Both the position numbers and the translations under genes were made by a program. A stretch of 64,000 nt of DNA, taken from assembly GCA_025963775.1 (NCBI GenBank), contig JAOQAD010000016.1:1741-65740 (forward strand), in the 5' to 3' direction. Below, piece after piece: positions 33,520 to 43,313 of the stretch. Position 1 is the first letter of the stretch; the number at the start of each line of letters is the position of its first letter. This stretch comes from Bacteroidota bacterium. Its GTDB lineage: Bacteria > Bacteroidota > Bacteroidia > 2-12-FULL-35-15. Below the pieces are notes generated by a model. It was not told the origin of the DNA, searched no databases, and saw only the letters and a program-made list of their open reading frames with translations.

Positions 33520-35100
33520 TTACAGTGCTGCGATCGCATTCGCGCATTTCTGCCCGTCGATGGCGGCAGATACAATTCCTCCTGCATAGCCTGCGCCTTC
33601 CGCACATGGATACAATCCCTTCACCTGCGGATGCTGCAGCGTTTCGTTATTTCGCGGAATGCGCACAGGTGAGGAAGTGCGTGATTCAACACCCACGATC
33701 ACCGCATCATTGCTGAGATAGCCGCGCATCTTATTCCCGAATTCCTTAAAGCCGATCTGCAGGCGTTTTCCGATCTCCGGCGGAAGCAGGCTGTGCAGCG
33801 GTGCAGAAGCAATTCCGGGCTGGTAGGAAACATCCGGAAGGGTAGCCGATACTTTGCTGTTCACAAAATCGAGCAGGCGCTGTGCAGGTGCTGTTTGGGT
33901 TTGTCCGCCTGCATTCCATGCCATCTGCTCCAGCGCCTGCTGGTAGCGCAGCCCGGCAAGCGGGCCGTATTGTTTGTATTTCGCATAATCTTCCGGCTCT
34001 ATCGTTACCACAATGCCTGAGTTTGCAAAAGGATTGTTGCGTTTGGAAGGTGACCAGCCGTTGGTGACGACTTCTCCCGGCGACGTGGCGCAGGGAGCGA
34101 TGATGCCGCCGGGACACATGCAGAAGGAATACACGCCGCGCCCCATTGCCTGGTGCACAAGGCTGTAGGATGCAGCAGGAAGGAAATCCCGCTTTCTTTC
34201 CACTTCGCTGATGCCGCAATGGTATTGCAGGCTGTCGATCAGCGCCTGCGGATGCTCCACGCGAACGCCCATCGCAAATGTTTTTCCTTCGATAAGGATG
34301 TTCTTTTTATGCAGCAGCTCAAAGATGTCGCGGGCACTGTGTCCCGTTGCAAGGATGAGCTGATCTGCATTGAATTCGGTGGCTGTATTCTCTGCAAGGT
34401 TATTACAGGTAACGCCTTTTACGGAATCATTCTTTATGATGAGATCGGTCACATGCATGTTGAAATGCACTTCGCCGCCTGCATCGGTAATGCTTTGCCG
34501 CATGGCCTGGATGATCTTCGGCAGCTTGTTGGTACCGATGTGCGGGTGTGCTTCCACGAGGATATTTTCATCTGCGCCGTGCGCGACAAAGATCTCCAGC
34601 ACTTTGTTCACATCGCCGCGCTTGGTGGAGCGGGTGTAGAGCTTGCCGTCGCTGTAGGTTCCTGCGCCGCCTTCGCCAAAGCAATAGTTGGAATGCGGGT
34701 TTACGATGTGCTGCTTGTTGATGGCGGCGAGGTCGCGCCTCCGGCTTTTTACATCTTTTCCGCGCTCGAGCACAACAGGCTTCATCCCGTTCTCGATCAG
34801 CTGCAGTGCGGCAAACAAGCCTGCAGGGCCGGCGCCGACAACGATCACCGGCTTTTTAGAGCTTACATTGGGATAGTTTATTTTATAATCAGATGGGGCA
34901 GGAGGAAGCACATCCAGGTAGACTTCAATTTTAAGGTTGATCTTTATGTTCCTGGAACGCGCATCCACAGAGCGTTTCAGTATTTTCAGGAAGGTGATCC
35001 GGGAAGGCTGTGCGGAGAGCTGTTTGGCAGCGATCTCTTTCAGGCGGGTTTCATTGGCTGCTTCTTCGGGAGAAACAACGAGGCTGAGTTCGTTCTTCAT
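33520..35100 (-). CDS. NAD(P)/FAD-dependent oxidoreductase (uncharacterised FAD-dependent dehydrogenase family)
   Basis: Rossmann motif VIVVGAGPAGLFAALQL, ...GEGGAGTYSDGKLYTR, ...GLYPCAEGAGYAGGIVSAAIDG. Confidence 0.85.
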   Translation of the reverse strand: MKNELSLVVSPEEAANETRLKEIAAKQLSAQPSRITFLKILKRSVDARSRNIKINLKIEVYLDVLPPAPSDYKINYPNVSSKKPVIVVGAGPAGLFAALQLIENGMKPVVLERGKDVKSRRRDLAAINKQHIVNPHSNYCFGEGGAGTYSDGKLYTRSTKRGDVNKVLEIFVAHGADENILVEAHPHIGTNKLPKIIQAMRQSITDAGGEVHFNMHVTDLIIKNDSVKGVTCNNLAENTATEFNADQLILATGHSARDIFELLHKKNILIEGKTFAMGVRVEHPQALIDSLQYHCGISEVERKRDFLPAASYSLVHQAMGRGVYSFCMCPGGIIAPCATSPGEVVTNGWSPSKRNNPFANSGIVVTIEPEDYAKYKQYGPLAGLRYQQALEQMAWNAGGQTQTAPAQRLLDFVNSKVSATLPDVSYQPGIASAPLHSLLPPEIGKRLQIGFKEFGNKMRGYLSNDAVIVGVESRTSSPVRIPRNNETLQHPQVKGLYPCAEGAGYAGGIVSAAIDGQKCANAIAAL

Positions 35101-35145
35101 ATTGTTTGTGGCACGTGTTTATCGCGCAGCGCACAAAAATACAAA

Positions 35146-35856
35146 TTATCCTTCAAAGGTGATGGAAACGAGGAAGATCTTGGAATTGAGCTTGTCGATG
35201 GAGTTGGAGAAGATCGTGTTGTCCTTGATCAGGAGATTCTTTGTGCCGATGCTTAATTTTCCTTCGATGGCGAATTTAAAATACTGGAGGTAGAATTCAG
35301 CTCCTGCGCCCACTTCATAGGAAAAGTCATCGCGCTTTAATTTTACGATCGCATCCGTTCCGGTTGTGTTCTGCACTTTCCGCTTGGAAGCAAGATCCAG
35401 GCTGTAACCGCCTCCGGCAAGGATGTAAGCACCGAAATTCTTCACGCGCTTGGAGCGTAATTTAAGGTCGAGCGGAAAATTGAGAAAAGTGGATTCAATG
35501 CTTTTTACACGCACAATGGTATCGTGCCCTTCAAAATAATACTGCAGGTTGCGCTCTGCGAAGGAAAGGTTCGGGATAAAGCGCAGCGTAACATACTGGT
35601 GCAGCCTGAGCTCGGAAACGATCCCGAGGTTAAAACCGAATTTTGGCGCGGAGCGTACCCATTTCAGGGAGTCGAAGCGCTCGAAATGCGGAGCGGGATG
35701 AATAATAAAATTGGTGCGGTTAACGCCGAGGGTGAAGCCGAAGTGCAATGCTTCCTTGTAGTAATTCGGGAGATTGCCTCTTTCTTCCTGCGCCCCGGCA
35801 ACAGCCGATGCAAGAAGCAGGATGGACAAAAGCGTGTATGTTATCGTTTTTTTCAA
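35146..35856 (-). CDS. Outer-membrane beta-barrel protein, PorT-like
   Basis: Signal peptide, alternating beta-strand pattern and C-terminal ...ITFEG. It sits next to ubiE, as I recall for porT in other Bacteroidota. Family call is tentative. Confidence 0.55.
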   Translation of the reverse strand: MKKTITYTLLSILLLASAVAGAQEERGNLPNYYKEALHFGFTLGVNRTNFIIHPAPHFERFDSLKWVRSAPKFGFNLGIVSELRLHQYVTLRFIPNLSFAERNLQYYFEGHDTIVRVKSIESTFLNFPLDLKLRSKRVKNFGAYILAGGGYSLDLASKRKVQNTTGTDAIVKLKRDDFSYEVGAGAEFYLQYFKFAIEGKLSIGTKNLLIKDNTIFSNSIDKLNSKIFLVSITFEG

Positions 35857-35900
35857 TAGTATCAGCAGCGCAATTTAAACGTAAGGATCACAAAGATATT

Positions 35901-36629
35901 TTATTTTTTCGCAAAATAGATGGAAGCAATGCCAAATGCGACCGTTCTGGCTTTTGTTGAGGTAAATCCTGCTTTTTGCAAAACACTGAGAAAGTCCTCG
36001 CCATCGGGAAAGGCATTCACCGATTCCGGCAGGTAGGTGTAAGCTGAATCATCCTTCGAAAATAATTTTCCGACAGCAGGAGTGATGAAGCGGGAGTAAA
36101 ATTTATACAGTTGCTTAATGGGAAATGCACGGGGCCTGGAAAACTCAAGCACCACAAGCGTTCCATTTTTGTTCAGCACGCGGTAAATATCGGAAATGCC
36201 TTTTTCGAGGTTTTCAAAATTCCGGACGCCAAAGCCCACGGTCACCGCATCAAAGCTGTTGTCGGGAAATGCGAGGTTTTCGGAATCGCCGGCCTTTAAT
36301 TCGATCTTATGGCTTAATCCGAGCTTGTTCACTTTTTCAATGCCCAGCTTCAGCATGCCTTCCGAAATGTCGACACCGACCACTTTTTCGGGATTCAGTT
36401 TCATGGCCTCTATGGCAAAATCGCCGGTGCCGGTTGCAATATCGAGCACCGTGCGGGGATTTTCTGCTGCCAGCATGCGGATCGCTTTTCTTCTCCAGCC
36501 TTTGTGAATGCCGAGCGACAATACCTGGTTGAGGAAATCGTATTTGGGAGCAATGTTGTTGAACATGGTTGCCACCTGTTCTTTTTTGCTGGCAGAGGAA
36601 TTGTTGTAGGGAGTTACTATTTTGGCCAT
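35901..36629 (-). CDS. ubiE: Demethylmenaquinone/ubiquinone C-methyltransferase
   Basis: MFNNIAPKYDFLNQVLSLGIHKGWRRKA, SAM motif VLDIATGTGDFAI and ...VGFGVRNF. Confidence 0.92.
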   Translation of the reverse strand: MAKIVTPYNNSSASKKEQVATMFNNIAPKYDFLNQVLSLGIHKGWRRKAIRMLAAENPRTVLDIATGTGDFAIEAMKLNPEKVVGVDISEGMLKLGIEKVNKLGLSHKIELKAGDSENLAFPDNSFDAVTVGFGVRNFENLEKGISDIYRVLNKNGTLVVLEFSRPRAFPIKQLYKFYSRFITPAVGKLFSKDDSAYTYLPESVNAFPDGEDFLSVLQKAGFTSTKARTVAFGIASIYFAKK

Positions 36630-37652
36630 TTAGGAATTCAGTTTGAGCGCTTCTTCAAGCAATTCTTTTTTATTCACCGGCACCACGCCCACTTTTTCGC
36701 AGACCAGCCCTCCGGCAAGGTTGGCCAGCACTGCAACCGTTTCGGCAGGAAGCTTAAGAGCAACACACAGTGCGGCAATGCTTACAACCGTGTCGCCTGC
36801 GCCGGACACATCAGTGATATCACGCACATGGGCAGGGATCAGCGTTTTTATTTTTTTATCGTTGATGTACACGCCTTTTTCGGAAAGGGTGATCAGCGCA
36901 GAATCAATGCCCTGCTTTTTAATGAAACTGTCAACGATCTTCGTCAGCTCTTTCATATTGCTGCTGTCGAACTCCACTTTCAACCCTTCACGTAATTCTT
37001 TCAGGTTGGGCTTGAACAGCGTAACACCTGTATATGCCATGAAGTTGCGCTTCTTCGGATCTACAACAAGAGGAATGCTTTTTTGTTTGGCAAGGGCAAC
37101 AACCGAACGGATGAGCTCTGTTGTGATGCATCCTTTATCGTAATCTTCAAAAATGATCACATCGATCTTTTTTCCGCTGATGATCTTTTTGATTTCTGCA
37201 AAAAGGGCTGCAGTTTCTTTTTCATTTACAGGCGCATCATCCTCCTCATCCACGCGGATCATCTGGTGGCTTCCGCCCAGCACGCGTGTTTTGATGGTGG
37301 TAATGCGGCTTTTGCTTTTGAGAATTCCTTCAGCGGATAATTTTTGTTTTTTGAGCAATGAAGAAAATAATTTTCCTCCTTCATCATTTCCTACCAGGGA
37401 GCACAGAACGGGATTTGCGCCCATGGCCTGTATGTTCAGCGCTACGTTAGCGGCACCTCCCAGGCGGTTCTCCCTTTTGCTCACAGCAACAACAGGAACA
37501 GGTGCTTCGGGTGAAATGCGGTTCACATTTCCCCACATGTATGCGTCGATCATCACATCGCCGATGATAAGCACATTGAGCTTATTAAAGGAGTTGAAGA
37601 TCTGCTGTATTGTTGTATTGTTGTGTTGTTGCATTGCTGAATTCAAAAGCAA
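36630..37652 (-). CDS. PfkB-type sugar kinase, RfaE domain-I-like (D-glycero-beta-D-manno-heptose-7-phosphate kinase)
   Basis: VLIIGDVMIDAYMWGNVNRISPEAPVPVV, ...GGAANVA and C-terminal DVSGAGDTVVS. No adenylyltransferase domain. Confidence 0.75.
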   Translation of the reverse strand: MLLNSAMQQHNNTTIQQIFNSFNKLNVLIIGDVMIDAYMWGNVNRISPEAPVPVVAVSKRENRLGGAANVALNIQAMGANPVLCSLVGNDEGGKLFSSLLKKQKLSAEGILKSKSRITTIKTRVLGGSHQMIRVDEEDDAPVNEKETAALFAEIKKIISGKKIDVIIFEDYDKGCITTELIRSVVALAKQKSIPLVVDPKKRNFMAYTGVTLFKPNLKELREGLKVEFDSSNMKELTKIVDSFIKKQGIDSALITLSEKGVYINDKKIKTLIPAHVRDITDVSGAGDTVVSIAALCVALKLPAETVAVLANLAGGLVCEKVGVVPVNKKELLEEALKLNS

Positions 37653-37782
37653 AAAACGGTTTTATATTCAATTGCTTTTTGGCTAAAGCCCATTGTACTA
37701 TTTGGTATTATGACCACGACCTGAAGGTCGTGGCAATTGCTTTTGACAGACTGAACCAAAATAAAAGAATAGATCAGTATTA

Positions 37783-38976
37783 TTATTTTAATAACGCAAG
37801 CGCAGCTTTGATCCGCCTTACAGCTTCGATCAGCTTATCTTCAGATGTTGCATAGGAGAAGCGGATGCAGTTGTCGTCACCAAAAGCTTCACCCGATACA
37901 AGCGCTACATTGCCATGCTCGAGCAGGAATTCGCTGAGGTCGTTCGAGTTTTTGATCTTGTAGCCATCGTATGCTTTTCCAAAATAATAAGAAATATCGG
38001 GGAAGATGTAAAATGCGCCTTCCGGTACATTGGTCTTCATTCCCGGGATCTCTTTCATCAGGCTGAGCACAAGGTCCCTGCGCCTGTGGAAGGCATCGCG
38101 CATCTCGTACGTGATCGATGGATCAGCCTGGATTCCGGCCATTGCGGCCATCTGTGAAACGGAAGAAGTTCCGGAAGTGAACTGTCCCTGCATTTTATCG
38201 CAGGCATCGGCGATCCATTTCGGTGCACCGATGTAGCCGATCCTCCAGCCGGTCATGGCGTATCCTTTTGAAACGCCGTTCACGGTGATCACGCGGTCGT
38301 ATATAAAATCAAACTGTGCAAGGCTTTCATGCTTTCCGCCGAAGTTGATGTATTCATAGATCTCATCGGAGATCACATACAGGTCAGGAAATTCAATGAT
38401 CACAGAGGCAAGCGCTTTCAGCTCATCCTTGCTGTACACCGAGCCGCTTGGATTGCAGGGCGTGCTGAACACCATCATTTTGGTTTTCGGAGTGATCGCT
38501 TTTTTCAGCTGCTCGGGTGTGATCTTGAAATTGGATTCGATGGATGTAGGAATAGTAACAGGGATGCCTTCCGCCAGCTTGATCGTTTCAATGTAGCTTA
38601 CCCAGTAGGGGATCGGCACGATCACTTCTTCGCCCGGATTGATCATACTCAGGATCACGTTGGCAATGGATTGCTTTGCACCTGTAGAAACTACGACCTG
38701 GTCAAAATTATAGCTAAGCCCGTTGTCGCGTTTAAATTTTTCAGCGATCGCTTTGCGAAGCTCTAAAATTCCGGACACAGGCGTATAGTGCGTGATGTTA
38801 TTATCGATGGCCCTTTTGCCCGCATCCTTGATGAATTGTGGTGTGTCAAAATCCGGCTCGCCGATGCTGAGGCTGATGATGTCTTTTCCCTGTGCCTGCA
38901 GCTCCCGGCTTTTTTTTGCCATTGCCAGTGTTTGCGATTCGGAAAGGTTGTTAATGCGGTCAGATAATTTACTCAT
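37783..38976 (-). CDS. Aspartate/aromatic aminotransferase (PLP-dependent, class I)
   Basis: Start trimmed to ATG38976 (MSKLSDRINNLSESQTLAM...). LSIGEPDFDTP, ...NPCNPSGSVY, and the PLP lysine in VNGVSKGYAMTGWR. Confidence 0.88.
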   Translation of the reverse strand: MSKLSDRINNLSESQTLAMAKKSRELQAQGKDIISLSIGEPDFDTPQFIKDAGKRAIDNNITHYTPVSGILELRKAIAEKFKRDNGLSYNFDQVVVSTGAKQSIANVILSMINPGEEVIVPIPYWVSYIETIKLAEGIPVTIPTSIESNFKITPEQLKKAITPKTKMMVFSTPCNPSGSVYSKDELKALASVIIEFPDLYVISDEIYEYINFGGKHESLAQFDFIYDRVITVNGVSKGYAMTGWRIGYIGAPKWIADACDKMQGQFTSGTSSVSQMAAMAGIQADPSITYEMRDAFHRRRDLVLSLMKEIPGMKTNVPEGAFYIFPDISYYFGKAYDGYKIKNSNDLSEFLLEHGNVALVSGEAFGDDNCIRFSYATSEDKLIEAVRRIKAALALLK

Positions 38977-39000
38977 ACTTTTTTTAATGTTTATCTCAGG

Positions 39001-39008
39001 CAAAGCTA
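39001..39008 (-). promoter_or_regulatory. Candidate -7 box TAGCTTTG
   Basis: Exact TAnnTTTG on the minus strand, 25 nt upstream of ATG38976. Supports the trimmed start. Confidence 0.45.
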
Positions 39009-39067
39009 ATAAAATACTTATTTGATTGTTCGTTAAATACGATGAGCGGGATTTTTCAGAGGATGAA

Positions 39068-40324
39068 TCAGCTGGGGATATGAAATCCGAGTGATACACT
39101 TAGTACAAGGCCGGAAGCAGAGGTACGCGGCGAAGCATCAAGGTATCTCCCGTTGTACTTCCAGCGGGTACCTGCGCAGTCGAGCGAATAGCCGCCGGCA
39201 ATGCCCAGGGAAAGCCAGTTGAGATTGAGGCGAAGGTTCAGCATGCCATCCAGGGTTGGAGATGGATTCCGGTAAACGCGCGACTCTCCTTCGCTGAAGG
39301 TATAGCCAGTAGTATCCGTGCTGTGAATGTTGGATACCTTCAGCCGCAGCCGCTGGAAGCCAATCCCGATGCTGGGAATGATCTGGACCACATCCGAATG
39401 AAGGAGGTCGCCGCCAATGGATACGGAAGAGAAAAATCCGGCGAGGCGAAGGCGGACCGAATCGTTCAGGTCGGCAGTTACGGCCGGGATCCAGCTTACG
39501 TTTAAAGCTCCGTAAACACCATTACCGCCGCCGGAATATTCAAATCCAAGCGCTCCGACCTGGTTGCTGAGCGGATGGCTTCCGGGCTGTAAAAAATAGC
39601 GGTTCAGCTGGTCGAAATCAATGTAATGTACGGAGGCATTGAAGTAGGCATTGACGTAGTCCGAGCTTTCTTGCTGCAGGTTAAAATCATGATCATCGGC
39701 GAATGTTAAAGAATCTACCTTTTCGGTACGTGTTACAGAATCTTTATTATAGAATATGCGGATACCCGTGGCAAAATTATACTCTTCCGATTTTTCCATG
39801 TTCGTAACCACCACTATCTCCTTGAATTTCTGCCAGGTGCCGGTAGGCCTTCCATCGGTATAATATCCTTTGCGGGTAACATTTCCTTTACTATCGTATT
39901 GGAGCCATTCCCCATCCTTTAAGCCATTCCTGTAATTCCCGCTGATATATACGCTTGCAGGCATTAAGGGATTGCCATCCTCCTCCTCATCGTACCAGCT
40001 GTATTCTGTATATTTTCCATTGTAGGATCCTTCCCAGATTTTTTTGCCGTCTCCACCATAATACACCCAGGTGCTGTCGGGTGTACCATTTTCAAGGCAT
40101 TTGCCCTGCCATCTGATCTGTCCGTTCCGGTAAAATACGGTGTACAGCCCCGCCATGGTGGATGTTTTTTCATATCGCTCCTTCACTTCATTGCGCCAGA
40201 ATTTATCTTCCCAGCGGGGAGTACTGTTGTCAAATGAACTTCTATTTTGAGCGGTGCCCAAGCGGACCTGCCCGGAAACATTGCAACTAATGAGGAGAAT
40301 GAATAGGGGGAATAGTTTTTTCAT
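39068..40324 (-). CDS. Secreted protein with MORN-variant (YwqK-like) repeats and a C-terminal beta-barrel-like half
   Basis: Signal peptide. Repeats of the form GLYTVFYRNGQIRWQG, GEWLQYDSKGNVTRKGYYTDGRPTGTWQKF. The C-terminal half has alternating hydrophobic strands. Confidence 0.6.
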   Translation of the reverse strand: MKKLFPLFILLISCNVSGQVRLGTAQNRSSFDNSTPRWEDKFWRNEVKERYEKTSTMAGLYTVFYRNGQIRWQGKCLENGTPDSTWVYYGGDGKKIWEGSYNGKYTEYSWYDEEEDGNPLMPASVYISGNYRNGLKDGEWLQYDSKGNVTRKGYYTDGRPTGTWQKFKEIVVVTNMEKSEEYNFATGIRIFYNKDSVTRTEKVDSLTFADDHDFNLQQESSDYVNAYFNASVHYIDFDQLNRYFLQPGSHPLSNQVGALGFEYSGGGNGVYGALNVSWIPAVTADLNDSVRLRLAGFFSSVSIGGDLLHSDVVQIIPSIGIGFQRLRLKVSNIHSTDTTGYTFSEGESRVYRNPSPTLDGMLNLRLNLNWLSLGIAGGYSLDCAGTRWKYNGRYLDASPRTSASGLVLSVSLGFHIPS

Positions 40325-40372
40325 GAAGTTTTTTTAAGAAGACAGCGGAATTGAAAAAAGGTTGTGCCGGAA

Positions 40373-40873
40373 TTAATCCGGCGCCACCATGTTCCATTGC
40401 GCCCATTCTTCTTTGGATGGCCCGTAAACTCCGGGAACCTTTAATCCTGCATGGCGCATCAATACCGTTAATTGTCCCCTGTGATGCGCCTGGTGGCCGA
40501 TGAGGATGCGCAGCACCACGCCTTTTTTCCAGTCCTCACCATACATCGGCACTTTTTCTTCAAGCACTGCATCGCTCCAGTTTTTTTTCACTTCGGCTGT
40601 TACAGAAGCAGCCGATTCTTCATAGGCGGAAATGATCTCCGCGATCGTACCTGGCGGCTTGCTGTGCTCTGCGGGGCCTGTAACCTTTAATCCCGCCTTG
40701 TTCATCATTTCGCTGAGCGTGATCGTGATGTGCCATGCAAGCACTGCAATGCTTCTCACATTGTCGTTGTCCTTTTTGTTCAGCGCCTCGTTGCTGATGT
40801 TCTTAAACACGTTAAGTGTTGCTTCGCTTTCATATTTCCATTCGGAAATAAAATCTTCGGTTGTCCTGTACAT
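40373..40873 (-). CDS. DinB family protein
   Basis: Start trimmed to ATG40873 (MYRTTEDFISEWKYESE). Four-helix-bundle His triad pattern (WHITITL..., IGHQAHHRGQLTVLMR). Confidence 0.8.
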   Translation of the reverse strand: MYRTTEDFISEWKYESEATLNVFKNISNEALNKKDNDNVRSIAVLAWHITITLSEMMNKAGLKVTGPAEHSKPPGTIAEIISAYEESAASVTAEVKKNWSDAVLEEKVPMYGEDWKKGVVLRILIGHQAHHRGQLTVLMRHAGLKVPGVYGPSKEEWAQWNMVAPD

Positions 40874-40938
40874 ATAGATTGGTTTTAAATTAATTATCCT
40901 GAATTCTGCATTAAACTGAACGACGTTCATTGGCGAAC

Positions 40939-41014
40939 GTCATTGCGAGCGGTAGCGAAGCAATCTGCCATAAATAATTAGATTGCTTCTCCCGCAAAGC
41001 GGGACCGCAATGAC
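40939..41014. repeat. REP/MITE-like element, family D
   Basis: GTCATTGCGAGCGGTAGCGAAGCAATCT - loop - AGATTGCTTCTCCCGCAAAGCGGGACCGCAATGAC, with inverted termini. Confidence 0.75.
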
Positions 41015-41069
41015 TGCCCTGTAATGAAATTTAATATGCTATTTGAACTGCTCATTTTAAAATCAATAA

Positions 41070-42548
41070 TTAACGGAGAAGCTGAACGCTGCCCTGGTGG
41101 CTGAATGTCTTCGCCTTGAAATCGGCCTGCATCATGTAAAAATAAACGCCGTCAGGCAACTGCTTTCCTTTTTTATTGCGGCCGTCCCATTTGAATGTGA
41201 AGTCATCCGATTCAAAGACCAGTTCGCCCCAGCGGTTGTAGACACTGATCTTAAACTTGTCGAAGCAGGAATTGATATTTGCCGCATTCACCTTAAAAAA
41301 GTCATTTTTCGCATCCCCGTTTGGTGTGAATACATTCGGGATCAGCTCATCGATCTTGCCGTCCAGCGGGGAAAGCACGCGGATGTTTACGGAGTTAAGG
41401 ACCGTATTGGTTCCGTAGCAGGAATAATCCCGTGCATAAAACGTGACATGGTAAGGCTCATCGCGGATATTGTCGCAGGTGGAAGCGAAGCAGAGCGTGG
41501 ATTGCACCTGTGCGATGGCACTGTCGGGAGTGAATGTAACGGAACCCATTGTTGCTGGGTTTGTGAACAGTTCGGAGGAAATGCTGAGTCCCACCCAGTC
41601 GGAATTGATATCGCTTGCCATTACCGGGATGCAGATGGAATCGCCGGCGGTGATGTCATAGCTTGCAATTGCGGGAGCGCTGAATACCGGCGCCTGGTTG
41701 GTGTTGCAGGCGATCACCTGGTACTGGATGTCCCTTCTCACTTCGCCTATTTTCACTCCCCCGCGGAACTCCTCAACCACCACTGCAAAAACAAAAACGC
41801 CTAAGGTTACCGGGTTGGCAGTAAGGATACCGGTTTGCGGGTTGATCGACAGTACCGGCGAGCCCCCGATGATATCCGAAAGGCTGTAAGGCGATTGCCA
41901 GTTAATTACGCTGTATGGCCCGGAAGATGGCCCTGGAATAGGAGATGCCGAAGATGCATTCCCGTTCAGCGGCGTGCTGAGCGAGTATACCAGCGAGTCG
42001 CCGTTCACATCGTTGGCAGAAAAATTCTGGATATTGGGCTGTGAATTACAGAGGTAAGCATTCGGGTAGGAGCCGAAAACAGGGGAGGAGTCGCCCATTG
42101 CAGGATCCGGTACTTCCGCATAAAACACCATTCCGGCGCTTCCCGGCAGGTTTATATTCTGGATGATGTTGTTCCTGCAGCACCTTTGCCAGCTGATGTA
42201 ATAGCCGTTCGGATTATCCGGGAGATTCACCGTTGCTGTGTAAACCCCTTCCTCAACACAAAGCCCGGTGGGCGTGAAGCAGGAATCGCCCAGGGCAAGC
42301 ACCGTGGTGGAAACAAGCGGCATGGAGAACTGGAAAGCTTCAATGTTGGTCACCTTGTCGTAAACACCAAGCGTTATCGGGTTATCGAAGCCGGCGGTAC
42401 CGCTAAGGCAATCCCTGTAAAAGGTGAGTTTCACCTCAAAATTGTTACCGCTGAGATGGCTTACCGTGATGTTCCCTCCCACAATATGGGTGGCAAATAA
42501 AGGCGCAGTCATGTAAAGCAGGATGACAAACAAATAAAGCTTTTTCAT
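41070..42548 (-). CDS. T9SS type-B (gliding-motility-associated) C-terminal-domain protein
   Basis: Start trimmed to ATG42548 (MKKLYLFVILLYMTAPLFA). C-terminus IPNVFTPNGDAKNDFFKV...VYNRWGELVFES...WDGRNKKGKQLPDGVYFYM. Confidence 0.85.
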   Translation of the reverse strand: MKKLYLFVILLYMTAPLFATHIVGGNITVSHLSGNNFEVKLTFYRDCLSGTAGFDNPITLGVYDKVTNIEAFQFSMPLVSTTVLALGDSCFTPTGLCVEEGVYTATVNLPDNPNGYYISWQRCCRNNIIQNINLPGSAGMVFYAEVPDPAMGDSSPVFGSYPNAYLCNSQPNIQNFSANDVNGDSLVYSLSTPLNGNASSASPIPGPSSGPYSVINWQSPYSLSDIIGGSPVLSINPQTGILTANPVTLGVFVFAVVVEEFRGGVKIGEVRRDIQYQVIACNTNQAPVFSAPAIASYDITAGDSICIPVMASDINSDWVGLSISSELFTNPATMGSVTFTPDSAIAQVQSTLCFASTCDNIRDEPYHVTFYARDYSCYGTNTVLNSVNIRVLSPLDGKIDELIPNVFTPNGDAKNDFFKVNAANINSCFDKFKISVYNRWGELVFESDDFTFKWDGRNKKGKQLPDGVYFYMMQADFKAKTFSHQGSVQLLR

Positions 42549-42681
42549 TCCGTATAGCTTGTTGATAAATAGATTTTGCACTAAAACTAAATAATTTACG
42601 GTAAATTACGATATTTAACCGCAGAAAATTCGGGGATTGTGATCGGTCGCCGGGATTATTCTGAAAATCAAATGCTATAAA

Positions 42682-43200
42682 ATGGAGCCACTCTTTCAAA
42701 TTGTAATGATCATCCTTCCCTCCGGGATCGTATTTTTAACTACGTATTATCTTGTGAAGAATTTCCTGGACCATGAAAGCAGGAAAAAAACGCTCGACCT
42801 GAAACTGGCGAACCAGACGGTTCTTACGCCGATCAGGCTGCAGGCTTACGAGCGTGTTGTATTGTTCCTCGAGCGCATCAGTCCGAACGGAATGGTGATG
42901 CGCGCCAATAAAAACACCAGCGCCGCTATTTTCCAGGGCGAGCTGCTGAAGACCATCCGGAGTGAATTCGAGCATAACCTTTCACAGCAGATCTATATGA
43001 GCAATAAATCATGGGAAGCGGTGGTGAAAGCAAAAGAAGAGACCATTAAGCTGATCAATGTGGCATCCGCAAAAGTAAGTGCCGATGCAAGCGGAATGGA
43101 GCTGGCACAAACGATCATTGCCGTATCCTCACAGCTCTCGGAGCTGCCTTCGAAAAGCGCTATCGATGCGATCAAGCGGGAGATCGGGAAAGAATTTTAA
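42682..43200 (+). CDS. Membrane-anchored protein of unknown function
   Basis: A single N-terminal TM helix (IVMIILPSGIVFLTTYYLV) followed by a helical soluble domain. No motif recognised. Confidence 0.55.
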   Translation: MEPLFQIVMIILPSGIVFLTTYYLVKNFLDHESRKKTLDLKLANQTVLTPIRLQAYERVVLFLERISPNGMVMRANKNTSAAIFQGELLKTIRSEFEHNLSQQIYMSNKSWEAVVKAKEETIKLINVASAKVSADASGMELAQTIIAVSSQLSELPSKSAIDAIKREIGKEF

Positions 43201-43313
43201 GCTACCAATTACGAATTTTTACCAATTTACCAATCTGTGTAAATCACAGGTAGAGAAATTAAGATGCAGGTTAGCACGAATTAGCAGATTAGTATAGATT
43301 AGTATTTAGTAGA

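Noticed and set aside
34153-35256. A 367-aa plus-strand ORF. Other long antisense ORFs include 7591-8340, 11839-12435, 17293-17937, 41097-41804, 49260-49907 and 50851-51324.
   Set aside because: Each lies entirely antisense to a gene with clear family motifs. They have no motifs of their own and show odd composition (Arg/Cys/His-rich or low complexity). They are typical shadow ORFs opposite real coding frames.
43201-43313. Cobalamin riboswitch upstream of the methylmalonyl-CoA mutase gene.
   Set aside because: The spacer is AT-rich repeat-like sequence (TTACCAATTTACCAAT, GATTAGTAT repeats). It has no B12-box-like GC-rich core and is too short for the full aptamer.
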